DNA of 64,000 nucleotides from an uncultured bacterium (GCA_963977015.1 CAXBMO010000010.1:32001-96000); one strand, 5' to 3'; counted from the first letter of the stretch, positions 19,566 through 29,546 are shown. A program made the numbers and translations. Notes: a model not told the origin generated them from the sequence alone.

Positions 19566-19682
19566 AACAAACCCATAAAATCACTCCCACATTCCCGCCA
19601 GCAAAACCTTTAATCTTTCCGAAAAACTCCCGAGGCCAGGAGATCGGCTGGCGTGCGGGGAAAGCTCTGCTAGGCTGCCGGA

Positions 19683-20921
19683 ATGAACTGTTGGATGTCG
19701 TTGCTCATTCTCCTTTCCGTTGGGTCTCATGGCTTGGCACAGGATTGGAAGTCGGGTGAGGATCGCCCGGTGTCTGTGCCGAGCTTGGCCAGTCCGGTTG
19801 CCGTTCATACGCCGGTCAACTATTCGCCGGATCAACATTGGCCGATCCTCTTTCATTACCATACCAATGGCATGGGGCCGAATGTGCAGCTTCCGGCCTA
19901 TTACTCCAACGAGAGCGATTTCATCCTCGTGGCAATGATTCGGGAGGAAAGCGACATCTTTTTGCAGGAGGAGCCATTTTGGCGCAACGAGTTCGCAAAA
20001 TTGGTCGAAGTGAGGTCGGAACTGGTCAAACAGGGACTGCAGGTGGACGTGAATCGGACGTATCTCGGAGGGCTCGGCTTGGGAGGATGGTATGCGAGCT
20101 ATCTGGCAGATTTCGCAATGGCGGAACTGGCTGGCGTTTACGTGATGGCGGCGGGAACCTACACGGCTTCCAAACTGACGCCGAAGCCGGTGCGAAAACG
20201 GATGCCAATTTACGTTGGTGTCGCGCAGTTGGAGACCAATTATGCCTTTGCCCTGAACGCAACGGAGCATTTTCGTCGCTTGGGAGCGCAGGTAACGTTC
20301 GACGAGTATTTGGGGCTGAATCACGTGATTCCGATGCCGCCCGGCGGGCCCGTAGCAGAGCGTTTCCGGCAATGGCTGCAGATCGAGGCAAATTTGAAGA
20401 CGCCGGAAGAGGGGAGGAGACTGGTGGCGGCCTGGAGTGAAAAGATTGATGCCAGGTTGGCGACGTTGGAAGCTCCAATGGATCAGTTTCTCCTGATTGA
20501 GCACGTGGCCACCTTTCCGTTTTACGCGGCCTTGCCAGCCGCAACTCGGGCGAAATTGAAAACGAGGCGGGAGGAATTGATGGTGAATCCGAAGTTGCGG
20601 GATGAGATGCTGGCCCGGCGCGAGTTTGCCAAGCTCAATCATGAAGAAACGCTCGACTTTGCGATTCGGAACCGGCGGCGAATCGCCTCGAATTATGCAT
20701 CGCTCTATCAGAAATTCCCGGAGACGCATTATGGAGCCCGCGCCGGTTTGGCGATGATTCGGTTGCGGGATCCGGTGGAGAATCCAGACCGTTGGATGTT
20801 TCAGAGTGAGGAGCAGAAGGAGCGATTTTTGGAGGAAGTGAAACGACGGCCGCTGCCAAGTCTTCCTCAAGGCAAACTGATGCTGGAAATGGAGCGAGTC
20901 ACGGAGGTTTTGAGCCTGTAA
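19683..20921 (+). CDS. Exported alpha/beta-hydrolase-like hypothetical protein
   Basis: Signal peptide; P.NY.P...WP; D.NRTYLGGLGLGG; GLNH; helical C-terminus. Confidence 0.55.
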   Translation: MNCWMSLLILLSVGSHGLAQDWKSGEDRPVSVPSLASPVAVHTPVNYSPDQHWPILFHYHTNGMGPNVQLPAYYSNESDFILVAMIREESDIFLQEEPFWRNEFAKLVEVRSELVKQGLQVDVNRTYLGGLGLGGWYASYLADFAMAELAGVYVMAAGTYTASKLTPKPVRKRMPIYVGVAQLETNYAFALNATEHFRRLGAQVTFDEYLGLNHVIPMPPGGPVAERFRQWLQIEANLKTPEEGRRLVAAWSEKIDARLATLEAPMDQFLLIEHVATFPFYAALPAATRAKLKTRREELMVNPKLRDEMLARREFAKLNHEETLDFAIRNRRRIASNYASLYQKFPETHYGARAGLAMIRLRDPVENPDRWMFQSEEQKERFLEEVKRRPLPSLPQGKLMLEMERVTEVLSL

Positions 20922-20923
20922 AC

Positions 20924-21559
20924 ATGTCACTTCACTGGAAATTGCTCTTTGGGCTGTGGCCGTGCGTCGCCGTGGGAATTGGACTTTGGAGGTGGGATTC
21001 TGCCTTTGCCGCAATCTTGCTCTATCACGCTGGAATTGCCGTTGGCGTCGGTTGCGACACCAAGGTTTTGGGACTGATCAAACGGGGATTCAGGTGGTTC
21101 CCGGCGATCGGGGGAATCGTGATCGGAATTCTCACGATTCCGGTCGTTTTGTTGTGCTTGCCGATTCTGGTTGGGATGGAATCTCCTGAACTGGGCGAGG
21201 TTCTGAGCTCGAAATTGGCGGAAACAGGGCTGAGTGGATCCTGGTTTTGGTTGTTCCTCGCGTATTTCGTCACCATTCATCCCATTCTGGAAGAGCTGGG
21301 CTGGCGAGCGATTCTGCAGAGTGACTCCGCCAAACCGCATGGCTTGGACCTGGAATTTGCGATCTATCACCTGTTGGTCCTGGGCTATTTTTTTCCGAAA
21401 GCCTGGCCGTTGCTCGTCGTCACCTTTCTCGTGCTTTCCGGATCCGCCTGGCTGTGGCGGCAGATGAGGAGATCCATGGGCGGGCTCGCTTCGGTCATCC
21501 TTTTCCACGCGGCCGCCGATGCCGGAATTTTGATCGCGGTTTGGATGCTGGTGCGCTGA
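20924..21559 (+). CDS. CPBP (Abi/CAAX) family intramembrane metalloprotease
   Basis: EELGWR, FAIYH and H...D motifs in a multi-TM protein. Confidence 0.85.
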   Translation: MSLHWKLLFGLWPCVAVGIGLWRWDSAFAAILLYHAGIAVGVGCDTKVLGLIKRGFRWFPAIGGIVIGILTIPVVLLCLPILVGMESPELGEVLSSKLAETGLSGSWFWLFLAYFVTIHPILEELGWRAILQSDSAKPHGLDLEFAIYHLLVLGYFFPKAWPLLVVTFLVLSGSAWLWRQMRRSMGGLASVILFHAAADAGILIAVWMLVR

Positions 21560-21568
21560 GCGGTTAGG

Positions 21569-23650
21569 CTATTCGAGAAACCGGAATTGGCCACTCGCCA
21601 AAAGCAGATGTATCAAGTCCGCCCACGCATCTTCTTCGTTCGTTTCCGCGCCTCGCAAATCCAAGTAAGCGGAGGCAATTTGTTTGGAGGCAGAATCGGG
21701 TTTGGCGCCCGAAGTGAGACGAAAGGCGAGCTCCAGGCGGGAGGCGGCTGGAACTGAGAGAATCCGTTGGGCGGCCGCCTTCGCCTGGGTTTCAAGAAAA
21801 GTTCCGTTCATGAGAAACAGGGATTGCGAGGGGATCGTTCGCGAATGTCGGGCGCCGATCGAGACATTGGGATCGGCGAAGTCGAACAACTGGAGAAACT
21901 CGGGCATCTCGTTGCGAACAATCGGTAAATAGATCGTGCGATGACGATCGGACGCGATTTCTTCTCGAAACTCGACCCGGTTCCCGCCATTTCCGTAATC
22001 CTTGCCGGCATATACGTGACGCATGATTGATCCGTCCGGAGGACTGAGGTCAAGTTGGCCGCTGACGGACAGCACGGCGTCTCGGAATTGCTCGATGTCG
22101 AGACGACGAAAGTTGGCCCGCCACCAAAAGCGGTTCTCGGGATCGATCTCTTGATTCTTGGCATTGGATTCGCTCGAAAGCTGCCACGTTTCAGTGAGCA
22201 CGATCCGGCGGATCAGCCGTTTGATGGACCATCCGTCCGCGATGAATCCCGCGCTGAGATGGTCGAGCAATTCGGGGTGACTAGGCTCGTCTCCCATCAC
22301 GCCAAAATTATCAACTGTTCGAACCAGGCCCTGACCAAACAGGTGATGCCAAACGCGATTCACGATCACTCGTGCGGTTAACGGATTCTCCGGAGCGGCG
22401 AGCCACTCGGCCAACTCCAGGCGACCGCTCTTTTCAATGCTGATCTCACTCCAGGTCGGCATGCCGGGAATGGAGAGGCCGCCGCGATTCACGATGGGGC
22501 CGTGGTCCTTCGGCATCCCGCCAATGCGAATCCGACAGTTCTCCGGCGGAGCACTCGCGCGCTGCATGGCCATGGTGTAGCCAGGTTGATCTGGTGGGGG
22601 ATTCTCGATCAACGCGATTCGCTCCTGATTCTTCGCCTCTGCGTCGGCATACATCTGTTCGCTCTTTTCATGAAGCGCCAGTAAGTCAGGCGCCTCTTCC
22701 GGCTTTTGGAGCCCGCGATCGCGCAGAGTGCCGGTGACCTCACGGCGGATGCGGTAAGCGGCCGATCGCGTTCCGGTAACGAACTCCGTCAGCCGGACTA
22801 CTTCCGCCCGCCACGCGGCAACCGCTGGATGGAGCTCGTTCGCCCGCGTTCCGATTGGAACCAATTTCGTGTCCTTCTCGTGCTTGTTGAGGTAAAGCGG
22901 GCCTGGTCCGTAGCGCGTTTCGCTGCTCAGGAAGATGCCGGCCAACGCATAGTAATCCGCAGTCGGGATGGGATCGAACTTGTGATCATGACAACGGGCG
23001 CACGCGATGGTCAGCCCGAGAATAGAACGCGACATCACATCGATTTGCTCATCGACAAGATCCATTTTGAATTTCTCGATGTCGGGCTCCTGAAACGCCT
23101 TCGGGCCGAGAGCGAGGAACGCCGTGGCAATTTTTTGCTCGTCGCTGGAATCCTCCAGCAGGTCTCCCGCGATCTGCTCCCTCACAAACTGATCGTAGGG
23201 CTTGTCCTGATTGAAGCTGGAGATGACATAGTCCCGGTAGCGCCAGGCATGTGGAAACACCACGTCACGATCCTTGCCGTTGGATTCCGCATAACGTGCC
23301 AAGTCAAGCCAGTGACGGCCCCATTTCTCGCCGAACCGTGGACTTGCCAACAACCGATCGACCAGTTGTTCCGTGGAAATCTGCTGCGCATCCTCAAATT
23401 CTTCAGGCGAAGGAGGTAAGCCAATCAGGTTGAAGTAGAGCCTGCGAATGAGGGTTTCAGTCTTTGCGGCGACGGCGGGTTTCAGGCCCTGTTCCGCTCT
23501 TTTGGTGGCGATGAACTGGTCGATCGCCGTTTCTTCCTCATGGCCGGTCAGACTGTGTTTCTGAATCGGTGAGAGCGACCAGAGCCCAGGTTCGCTGGCG
23601 AAAAGAATCGCCGGAAACAAAAGGGCAATGGTGGAAATGAGGCGGAACAT
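21569..23650 (-). CDS. DUF1549/DUF1553 domain protein
   Basis: GEKWGRHWLDLARYAES, DKPYDQFVREQIAGD, CARCHDHKFDPI, PSHPELLDHL. Confidence 0.93.
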   Translation of the reverse strand: MFRLISTIALLFPAILFASEPGLWSLSPIQKHSLTGHEEETAIDQFIATKRAEQGLKPAVAAKTETLIRRLYFNLIGLPPSPEEFEDAQQISTEQLVDRLLASPRFGEKWGRHWLDLARYAESNGKDRDVVFPHAWRYRDYVISSFNQDKPYDQFVREQIAGDLLEDSSDEQKIATAFLALGPKAFQEPDIEKFKMDLVDEQIDVMSRSILGLTIACARCHDHKFDPIPTADYYALAGIFLSSETRYGPGPLYLNKHEKDTKLVPIGTRANELHPAVAAWRAEVVRLTEFVTGTRSAAYRIRREVTGTLRDRGLQKPEEAPDLLALHEKSEQMYADAEAKNQERIALIENPPPDQPGYTMAMQRASAPPENCRIRIGGMPKDHGPIVNRGGLSIPGMPTWSEISIEKSGRLELAEWLAAPENPLTARVIVNRVWHHLFGQGLVRTVDNFGVMGDEPSHPELLDHLSAGFIADGWSIKRLIRRIVLTETWQLSSESNAKNQEIDPENRFWWRANFRRLDIEQFRDAVLSVSGQLDLSPPDGSIMRHVYAGKDYGNGGNRVEFREEIASDRHRTIYLPIVRNEMPEFLQLFDFADPNVSIGARHSRTIPSQSLFLMNGTFLETQAKAAAQRILSVPAASRLELAFRLTSGAKPDSASKQIASAYLDLRGAETNEEDAWADLIHLLLASGQFRFLE

Positions 23651-23743
23651 GATCGAAGCCTTTGGAATAACACGCCTGAAACAACGTCCTTGTTTCAAGG
23701 CGCATCCTAACATGATCACTATTGTCTTCCAGATTATTTTGCG

Positions 23744-24991
23744 ATGACGCGCTATCTCCGCGAACGAACCTTGTTTGGACCGTTGCTTGAGGAGCCTCCC
23801 TCAAATCGATTGGGAATGGTGGTGGTCATTCCGGCGAAAGATGAACCCAATCTGCTTCGGTCGCTCGAAAGCCTGGCTGATTGTGAGGTTCCAACTTCGG
23901 ATGGGGAAGTGATTGTAGTGATCAACTCCGGGGAAAACGATGCGGCTGAAGTCGTTGAGAGGAATGCCCGTTTGGAGACGGAGGCGCGGGAATGGGCGAA
24001 GTCCAATTCACGGGCGAAATTGAAGTTTGAGGTGTTGAATTTTCCCAACCTTCCGCACAAGCATGCCGGAGTTGGCCTGGCACGAAAGATCGGGATGGAT
24101 GAGGGGTGCCGCCGCCTCGAAGCGGTGGGCAATCCGACCGGAGCGCTTCTCTGCTTTGATGCGGATAGTCGCTGTGATCCCAACTATCTTCGCGAGGTGG
24201 AAGCTCTCTTCCGGCGGGATGAGTCTTGCCAGGCTTGCTCCATCTACTTTGAGCATCCGATGGAGGGACGCGAGTTTGTTCCGGAGATCTACGATGCAAT
24301 CATCGACTACGAACTTCATCTCCGCTACTTCGTGCGAGCGCAACGCCATGCCGGTTTGCCGCATGCTTTTCAAACGATTGGTTCGTCAATGGCAGTTCGG
24401 TGCGACGCGTATCAGGCCCAGAACGGAATGAATCGGCGCAAAGCTGGTGAGGACTTCTACTTCCTCCACAAGTTCACGCCGTTGGGAACGTTGGTTGATC
24501 TGAACAGCACCCGGGTAATTCCATCTCCCCGCCCGTCAGATCGCGTTCCTTTTGGGACCGGGAAAGCGGTTGGCGAATTGATCGAGACGGATGCGAAGTG
24601 CCTGACCTATCATCCGTCGAGCTTTCAGGATCTACGCAGTTTCGTCGGGACGGTGGATTCGTTGTTTGAGCTTGCTGAGGGGAAAGAGGAGGCGTTTGTC
24701 AAAAATCAGCCGGAGAGTGTCCGCGCCTTTCTCGAAACGCAGCCGTTCTGGGAGCGCGTTGCTGAAATCCGTTCCAACGTCACCACCCGTGACGCCTTTC
24801 GCAGCCGGTTCTTTCGCTGGTTCAGCGCCTTTCTCGTCATGAAGTTTGTCCATCACGCTCGCGACCACTTTTACCCGGATTGCGAAGTCGGAGAAGCGGC
24901 CAAATGGCTGCTGGAAGCGACCTGTCCGGCAAAAAACGCGGAGACGAATGCCGAACTGTTGAAAATCTATCGGGAACTGGACCGCGCCTAG
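23744..24991 (+). CDS. Glycosyltransferase family 2 protein
   Basis: VVVIPAKDE, GVGLARKIGMD, DAD (DxD), GEDFYF. Confidence 0.85.
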   Translation: MTRYLRERTLFGPLLEEPPSNRLGMVVVIPAKDEPNLLRSLESLADCEVPTSDGEVIVVINSGENDAAEVVERNARLETEAREWAKSNSRAKLKFEVLNFPNLPHKHAGVGLARKIGMDEGCRRLEAVGNPTGALLCFDADSRCDPNYLREVEALFRRDESCQACSIYFEHPMEGREFVPEIYDAIIDYELHLRYFVRAQRHAGLPHAFQTIGSSMAVRCDAYQAQNGMNRRKAGEDFYFLHKFTPLGTLVDLNSTRVIPSPRPSDRVPFGTGKAVGELIETDAKCLTYHPSSFQDLRSFVGTVDSLFELAEGKEEAFVKNQPESVRAFLETQPFWERVAEIRSNVTTRDAFRSRFFRWFSAFLVMKFVHHARDHFYPDCEVGEAAKWLLEATCPAKNAETNAELLKIYRELDRA

Positions 24992-26136
24992 TTCGAGCGC
25001 GTTTCCATCACGACTTTTTCAATGCGCTCAAGCGCAGAATCGATCTCGGCCTTGGTCGTGAAAATGGAGAGCGAAAGCCGCAAACTGCTGAACGCGCGTT
25101 CGTCGCTGAAACCCATCGCCTTTTGCACGTGACTGGGTTGGGCCTTGCCCGTCATGCAGGCGCTTCCCGCAGAGCATTGGACGCCGGCCTGATCCAGCTT
25201 GGGGAGCAGCTCGGATGCGGTGCAGCCATCGAAGGAAACATGAGCGACATTGCCGGTCCGGTGCTCACGCGATCCATTGAGGTGAACGCCATCCAGCCGC
25301 TTCACCAATTCGTTTTCCAGGAAATCGCGAAGTTCAGTCATTTCGGCATGGCCATCTTCATCAATCCGCAGCCTCATGATTTCAGCGGCTTTTCCCAATC
25401 CGACGATAAAAGGCACATTCTCGGTTCCACTGCGCATTCCCGATTCCTGGCCACCACCCCGGATCATCGGCTCAAAGTTTGCGTTTTCCCGGATGAACAA
25501 AGCTCCCACGCCCTTCGGCGCATGAAATTTGTGGCCGCTGATCGAAAGGAAATCGACCGGGACGTCCGCAACGTTGATCGGCACCTTTCCAACCGCCTGA
25601 ATCGCGTCGGTATGGAAGCTCCACTTGGCCGCTGAAGCGATCTCGCAAGCTTCGGCAATCGGCTGGACTACGCCGGATTCATTGTTGGCCCACATGATTG
25701 AGCAGAAGCCCGGTTTGGTGGAATCAACGACGGTTTCGAGGTCCGGAATCCGGAGTCTGCCATCCTCATTGACCCCAACGCGTTCAACGTCGAACCCGAC
25801 CGCCTGCATCGCTTCGAGAGGTCGGAGAACCGCGCTGTGTTCGATTTCGCTCGTGACAACTTTGGAGTTTTTTCGACCGATCAGTCGCGCGAGGGATTTG
25901 ATCGCCATGTTGTTCGACTCTGTGCCGCACCCCGTGAAGACGATCTCCGTCGGCCTTGCCCCAATCAACGCGGCCACTTGCTCTCGAGCGTTCTGAATTG
26001 CGGCTTTCACTTCCTTGCCGGCGGCATAGCCACTGGACGGATTGTACCAGGTTTCCGTCAGAAATGGCATCATTGCTTCTACCACCTCGGGATGAACCTG
26101 AGTGGTTGCGTTGGAGTCCAGGTAGATGGCAGCCAT
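24988..26136 (-). CDS. Cysteine desulfurase (NifS/IscS group I)
   Basis: IYLDSNATT, NPSS, FTGCGTESNN, EHSAV, HTDAIQA.GK, SGHKF (PLP Lys), SAGSAC (catalytic Cys). Confidence 0.95.
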   Translation of the reverse strand: MAAIYLDSNATTQVHPEVVEAMMPFLTETWYNPSSGYAAGKEVKAAIQNAREQVAALIGARPTEIVFTGCGTESNNMAIKSLARLIGRKNSKVVTSEIEHSAVLRPLEAMQAVGFDVERVGVNEDGRLRIPDLETVVDSTKPGFCSIMWANNESGVVQPIAEACEIASAAKWSFHTDAIQAVGKVPINVADVPVDFLSISGHKFHAPKGVGALFIRENANFEPMIRGGGQESGMRSGTENVPFIVGLGKAAEIMRLRIDEDGHAEMTELRDFLENELVKRLDGVHLNGSREHRTGNVAHVSFDGCTASELLPKLDQAGVQCSAGSACMTGKAQPSHVQKAMGFSDERAFSSLRLSLSIFTTKAEIDSALERIEKVVMETRSN

Positions 26137-26172
26137 AAGATCAAGAAGCGGCAATTCGAAGTGTCGGACAAC

Positions 26173-26204
26173 AAAAAAGCCCCGCTGCCGAAGCAACGGA
26201 GCTT
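26173..26204 (-). terminator. Rho-independent terminator after the HMA gene
   Basis: Minus strand AAGCTCCGTTGC-TTCG-GCAGCGGGGCTT followed by a U tract. Confidence 0.8.
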
Positions 26205-26227
26205 AACAAAAGTATCAATTAAGAAAC

Positions 26228-26548
26228 TTAACTGTCTGCGTCTGCTTTTGCCCATGTACGGACAACATAGCGAGATGCCTTTGGTCCCAGGCTTTCAACA
26301 GCTTGTTCCTTGGTGAGTTCTTTGGAACCATCGGTGACAACGGTCACTTTCTGGGTTCCTGCCTCTTCACCTTTTTCAATGAGGACTGATTTTACGCCTG
26401 CTAGAGATGTGAACGCCGAACTGACGTCCTTTTTACAGCCTGCTCAAGTTACGCCGGTCATACCGGCCGTGTAGGTTGCTTCACCTGCCAAAGCCGAACC
26501 GGCGAAGGCAAATGCGAGCAATCCGAGGGTTGCCATTAGTTTTTTCAT
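26228..26548 (-). CDS. Exported heavy-metal-associated (HMA/MerP-like) protein with UxxC motif; probable selenoprotein (in-frame TGA at codon 35)
   Basis: Manual translation: MKKLMATLGLLAFAFAGSALA-GEATYTAGMTGVT(TGA)AGCKKDVSSAFTSLAGVKSVLIEKGEEAGTQKVTVVTDGSKELTKEQAVESLGPKASRYVVRTWAKADADS*. TGA is at 26446-26444; 106 aa with readthrough. Confidence 0.8.
26408..26437 (-). promoter_or_regulatory. Candidate bacterial SECIS element
   Basis: Downstream of the UGA: stem GGACGUC/GGCGUUC (7 bp), loop AGUUC starting 21 nt after UGA with G at loop position 2 followed by U, and lower UGU/ACA pairing. Confidence 0.65.
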
Positions 26549-26732
26549 CGATGGTATTTTAACTTTACGATTTGTTTGCCGTCAACTGATGATGACAGCG
26601 CAAGTCTAGACGTCCACCTCACGGATCTATTACAAGAAAGTTCACACTTTGATCGATTTTTGGAGGTTGGATCGAAAATTCAACCCATTTCGCGATTGCG
26701 ACCGCCGCAGATTCGCGAATGATCCCCTCGAA

Positions 26733-29528
26733 ATGCCGAATCTGCTCCCCGGACAACGTTGGATAAGCCAGACCGAACCCGAAATGGGGTTGGGGACGGT
26801 GGTGGAACTCGAAGGTCGTCGCGTCACGCTTGAGTTCCCCGTCGTCGAAGAACGTCGAACTTACGTCGCCGCTTCCGCTCCCTTGCAACGCGCACTTTTT
26901 CAGGTCGGGGAACAGATTGAAACGGAAGAGGGGCAACGAATCACCGTGGAGAAGGTCGAGGAGAAGAACGGGCTTTTGACCTATTTCGAGGGCGATGTGG
27001 CGATTCCTGAGGGACTGATTTCGGCCCGCTCAAGCGGGGGAGGGCTTCTGGGGCGCCTTTATTCGACCATCATGTTTGATGATCCCGCAGATTTCGATTT
27101 GCGATTTCAGACGCTCAAGCTGGATGCCGAGTATCGCAAACTCCCGGTGCGAGGCTTGATTGGAGGGCGCGTGGAACTCATTCCCCACCAACAGTTTATC
27201 GCTCGCGAGGTCGTTTCGCGAAGGGTGCCTCGCGTTTTGTTGGCCGATGAGGCGGGACTGGGCAAAACGATTGAGGCGGGATTGATTTTGCATCGCCTGC
27301 TGTTGAGTGGCCGTGCGAATCGCGTCCTGGTCGTGGTCCCGGAATCCTTGGCGCATCAGTGGTTTGTCGAGTTGCTCAGGAGATTCAATCTTGCCTTCAC
27401 CCTGGTCGACCAGAGCTATTGTGAAGCGGTTGAAATGCATGATGCGGAAGGGAATCCCTTCACCGGTGTGCAACTTGCCCTGACGACGATTGAATTCCTG
27501 ACCGGAGCGCCAAACCGGCTCGAGCAGGCCAGCCAGGCGAGTTGGGATGTGTTGGTCGTCGATGAGGCTCATCATTTGGCATGGGAGCCCGGAAATCCAA
27601 GCCCTGAATATTCCGCGATTGAACTTCTCGCGCTCAAAACTCCCGGGTTGCTGCTACTGACCGCGACTCCCCGCCAGGTTGGCGAAACCGGTCACTTTGC
27701 CCGCCTGCGCCTGTTGGATCCGGTCCGGCACAGCGATTTTGAGCGCCACCTCGAAGAGAACAAGCATCTCCCGGAAGTGGCCAAGGCTGCCGCAAAACTG
27801 GCCGGAGGCAAAAATCTTACGGATGCTGAGTGGAAGGCATTTGGAGGGAAGGTGAAGCGGGTTGATCTCGAGGATCCAAAGGCGAAAGCCCGGCTGATCC
27901 AGGAACTGATCGATCGCCACGGAATCGGACGCGTCATGTTCCGGAATGTCCGCGCGGCGCTGGAAGGGAACTTTCCCGAGCGGATTCTCAAGCCGGCTCC
28001 TCTGGAGTTGTATTACGAAGAGGCGAGGGAGGCGATGCACGAGGAGTTTTTGTCCGATGTCGCGTTCGGCAAGGCTCCGGAATATGATTTCTTCGACGAT
28101 CCGCGAGGGGGATGGTTGCTCCGGCTCCTTGAGGATTTGGAGGGCGAAAAGGTTTTGCTCATCAGTTCAAGCCGGGAAAAAGCGGAAGCAATTGCCGCGG
28201 CACTCTCCGCCAACGAGGTCGCGGTGGGAGTCTTTCACGAGGGGCTGGAAATGATCCAACGCGATCGGGAAGCCGCCCGATTTGCGGAAGAGAAAGGCTG
28301 TCAGATACTGGTTTGTTCAGAAATCGGGAGTGAAGGGCGAAATTTCCAGTTTGCCCAGCATCTCGCCCTCTGGGATCTGCCGTTGAATCCGGCGGTGTTG
28401 GAGCAACGGATCGGGCGACTCGATCGGATTGGGCAACCTGGAAACGTCAACATTCACGTTCCGTTCGCGGCAGGGACGGGGCAGGAAGTGCTTTTCCGGT
28501 GGCTGCACGAAGGAATCGACGCGTTTGAGGCTCCGAGCGAAGGGGGCGATCTCTTCGTCGAGAAATTCGCCGCGCGGGTTCGTGATCTCGGCAAGCAGGT
28601 GGGTTCGGGCGACGCCAAGAAATGGGAAAAGGACGTCAAAACTTTGATCAAGGAAACGCGGAAATACTGCGACGAGGTGAACGCGATGCTGGACGAGGGG
28701 CGCGATTATCTTCTCGAACTGGCGTCCTGCCGCCCCAGAATGGCGAAGCAGATTTGCGATGGCATAGCCGCAGTTGATGCCGATACCCGGTTGGAGGAAT
28801 ACATGCTGGACCTGGTGGAGGCTCTTGGCTGGGATGTTGAGCGAATTGAAGATGGCGCCTACGTCCTCGATCCCGAAGGCCAGGAAACAGCCGCGTTGCC
28901 CGGGCTCAGTTTCGATGGCTGCTCAATTACGTTTCGGCGGTCAAGGGCTCAGGAGCGGGAAGATTGGCAATTCATCACCTGGGATCACCCCGCGGTTCGC
29001 GAGGCCATGGAACACATTGTGCGTGGCGAGCGGGGAACCATTTCCATCGGGAATACCAAAGCGCTCAACACCGGAACCAAGTGGGTCGTCGAGTGCATCT
29101 ATGTCTTGGAGTCTCAGGCGCCGCCTTCGTTGAATGCGGATCGTTTTCTCCCGCCGACTCCGATCCGCGTTGTGATCGGTGATGACGGCAAAAATCGCAC
29201 CAAGGAGTATCCGACGAACGCCTTGGCGGGTGACGTTTGGCCCCGGAAACGGCGCCCGGAATTACCCGAAGGACTGCCCGATTCGATCAAAACCTCCGGG
29301 GATCTCGCGGATGCTCATTGTCAGAAACTGATCGAGGCCGCGCTCAAACGCGTTGAAAAGCTCTACTCCGCGGAGATTAGCCGGCTGAAGCAGTTGATCG
29401 AGCGCAATCCATTGGTCGACAAGAGCGAACTGGAGGTGGTGATGACGGAGGGCCGCCAAGTCATCTCTGCCATTCGAGTTGCGCAGCCCCGATTGGATTC
29501 CGTGCGAGTGGTATTGTCCCTCGTTTAG
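26733..29528 (+). CDS. rapA: RNA polymerase-associated protein RapA (HepA)
   Basis: GQRWIS.TEPEMGLG N-terminus, LIPHQ, LLADEAGLGKT, DEAHH, LLLTATP, CSEIGSEGRNFQFA, EQRIGRLDRIGQ. Confidence 0.95.
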   Translation: MPNLLPGQRWISQTEPEMGLGTVVELEGRRVTLEFPVVEERRTYVAASAPLQRALFQVGEQIETEEGQRITVEKVEEKNGLLTYFEGDVAIPEGLISARSSGGGLLGRLYSTIMFDDPADFDLRFQTLKLDAEYRKLPVRGLIGGRVELIPHQQFIAREVVSRRVPRVLLADEAGLGKTIEAGLILHRLLLSGRANRVLVVVPESLAHQWFVELLRRFNLAFTLVDQSYCEAVEMHDAEGNPFTGVQLALTTIEFLTGAPNRLEQASQASWDVLVVDEAHHLAWEPGNPSPEYSAIELLALKTPGLLLLTATPRQVGETGHFARLRLLDPVRHSDFERHLEENKHLPEVAKAAAKLAGGKNLTDAEWKAFGGKVKRVDLEDPKAKARLIQELIDRHGIGRVMFRNVRAALEGNFPERILKPAPLELYYEEAREAMHEEFLSDVAFGKAPEYDFFDDPRGGWLLRLLEDLEGEKVLLISSSREKAEAIAAALSANEVAVGVFHEGLEMIQRDREAARFAEEKGCQILVCSEIGSEGRNFQFAQHLALWDLPLNPAVLEQRIGRLDRIGQPGNVNIHVPFAAGTGQEVLFRWLHEGIDAFEAPSEGGDLFVEKFAARVRDLGKQVGSGDAKKWEKDVKTLIKETRKYCDEVNAMLDEGRDYLLELASCRPRMAKQICDGIAAVDADTRLEEYMLDLVEALGWDVERIEDGAYVLDPEGQETAALPGLSFDGCSITFRRSRAQEREDWQFITWDHPAVREAMEHIVRGERGTISIGNTKALNTGTKWVVECIYVLESQAPPSLNADRFLPPTPIRVVIGDDGKNRTKEYPTNALAGDVWPRKRRPELPEGLPDSIKTSGDLADAHCQKLIEAALKRVEKLYSAEISRLKQLIERNPLVDKSELEVVMTEGRQVISAIRVAQPRLDSVRVVLSLV

Positions 29529-29546
29529 CGGGACGGCTCGACCCGT

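Noticed and set aside
17049-19613. 854-aa ORF on the + strand opposite dnaE
   Set aside because: Antisense shadow of a conserved GC-rich gene with no recognisable motifs. The same applies to 11841-13214, 19581-21014, 39516-40778 and 40970-42424.
23744-24991. GT2 as a selenosugar-forming enzyme linked to the neighbouring desulfurase and selenoprotein
   Set aside because: It is convergently oriented with ordinary GT-A motifs, and there are no selD or selenoneine-pathway genes in the window.
25837-26316. 159-aa + strand ORF across the cysteine desulfurase start
   Set aside because: Overlaps two minus-strand genes and a terminator; shadow ORF.
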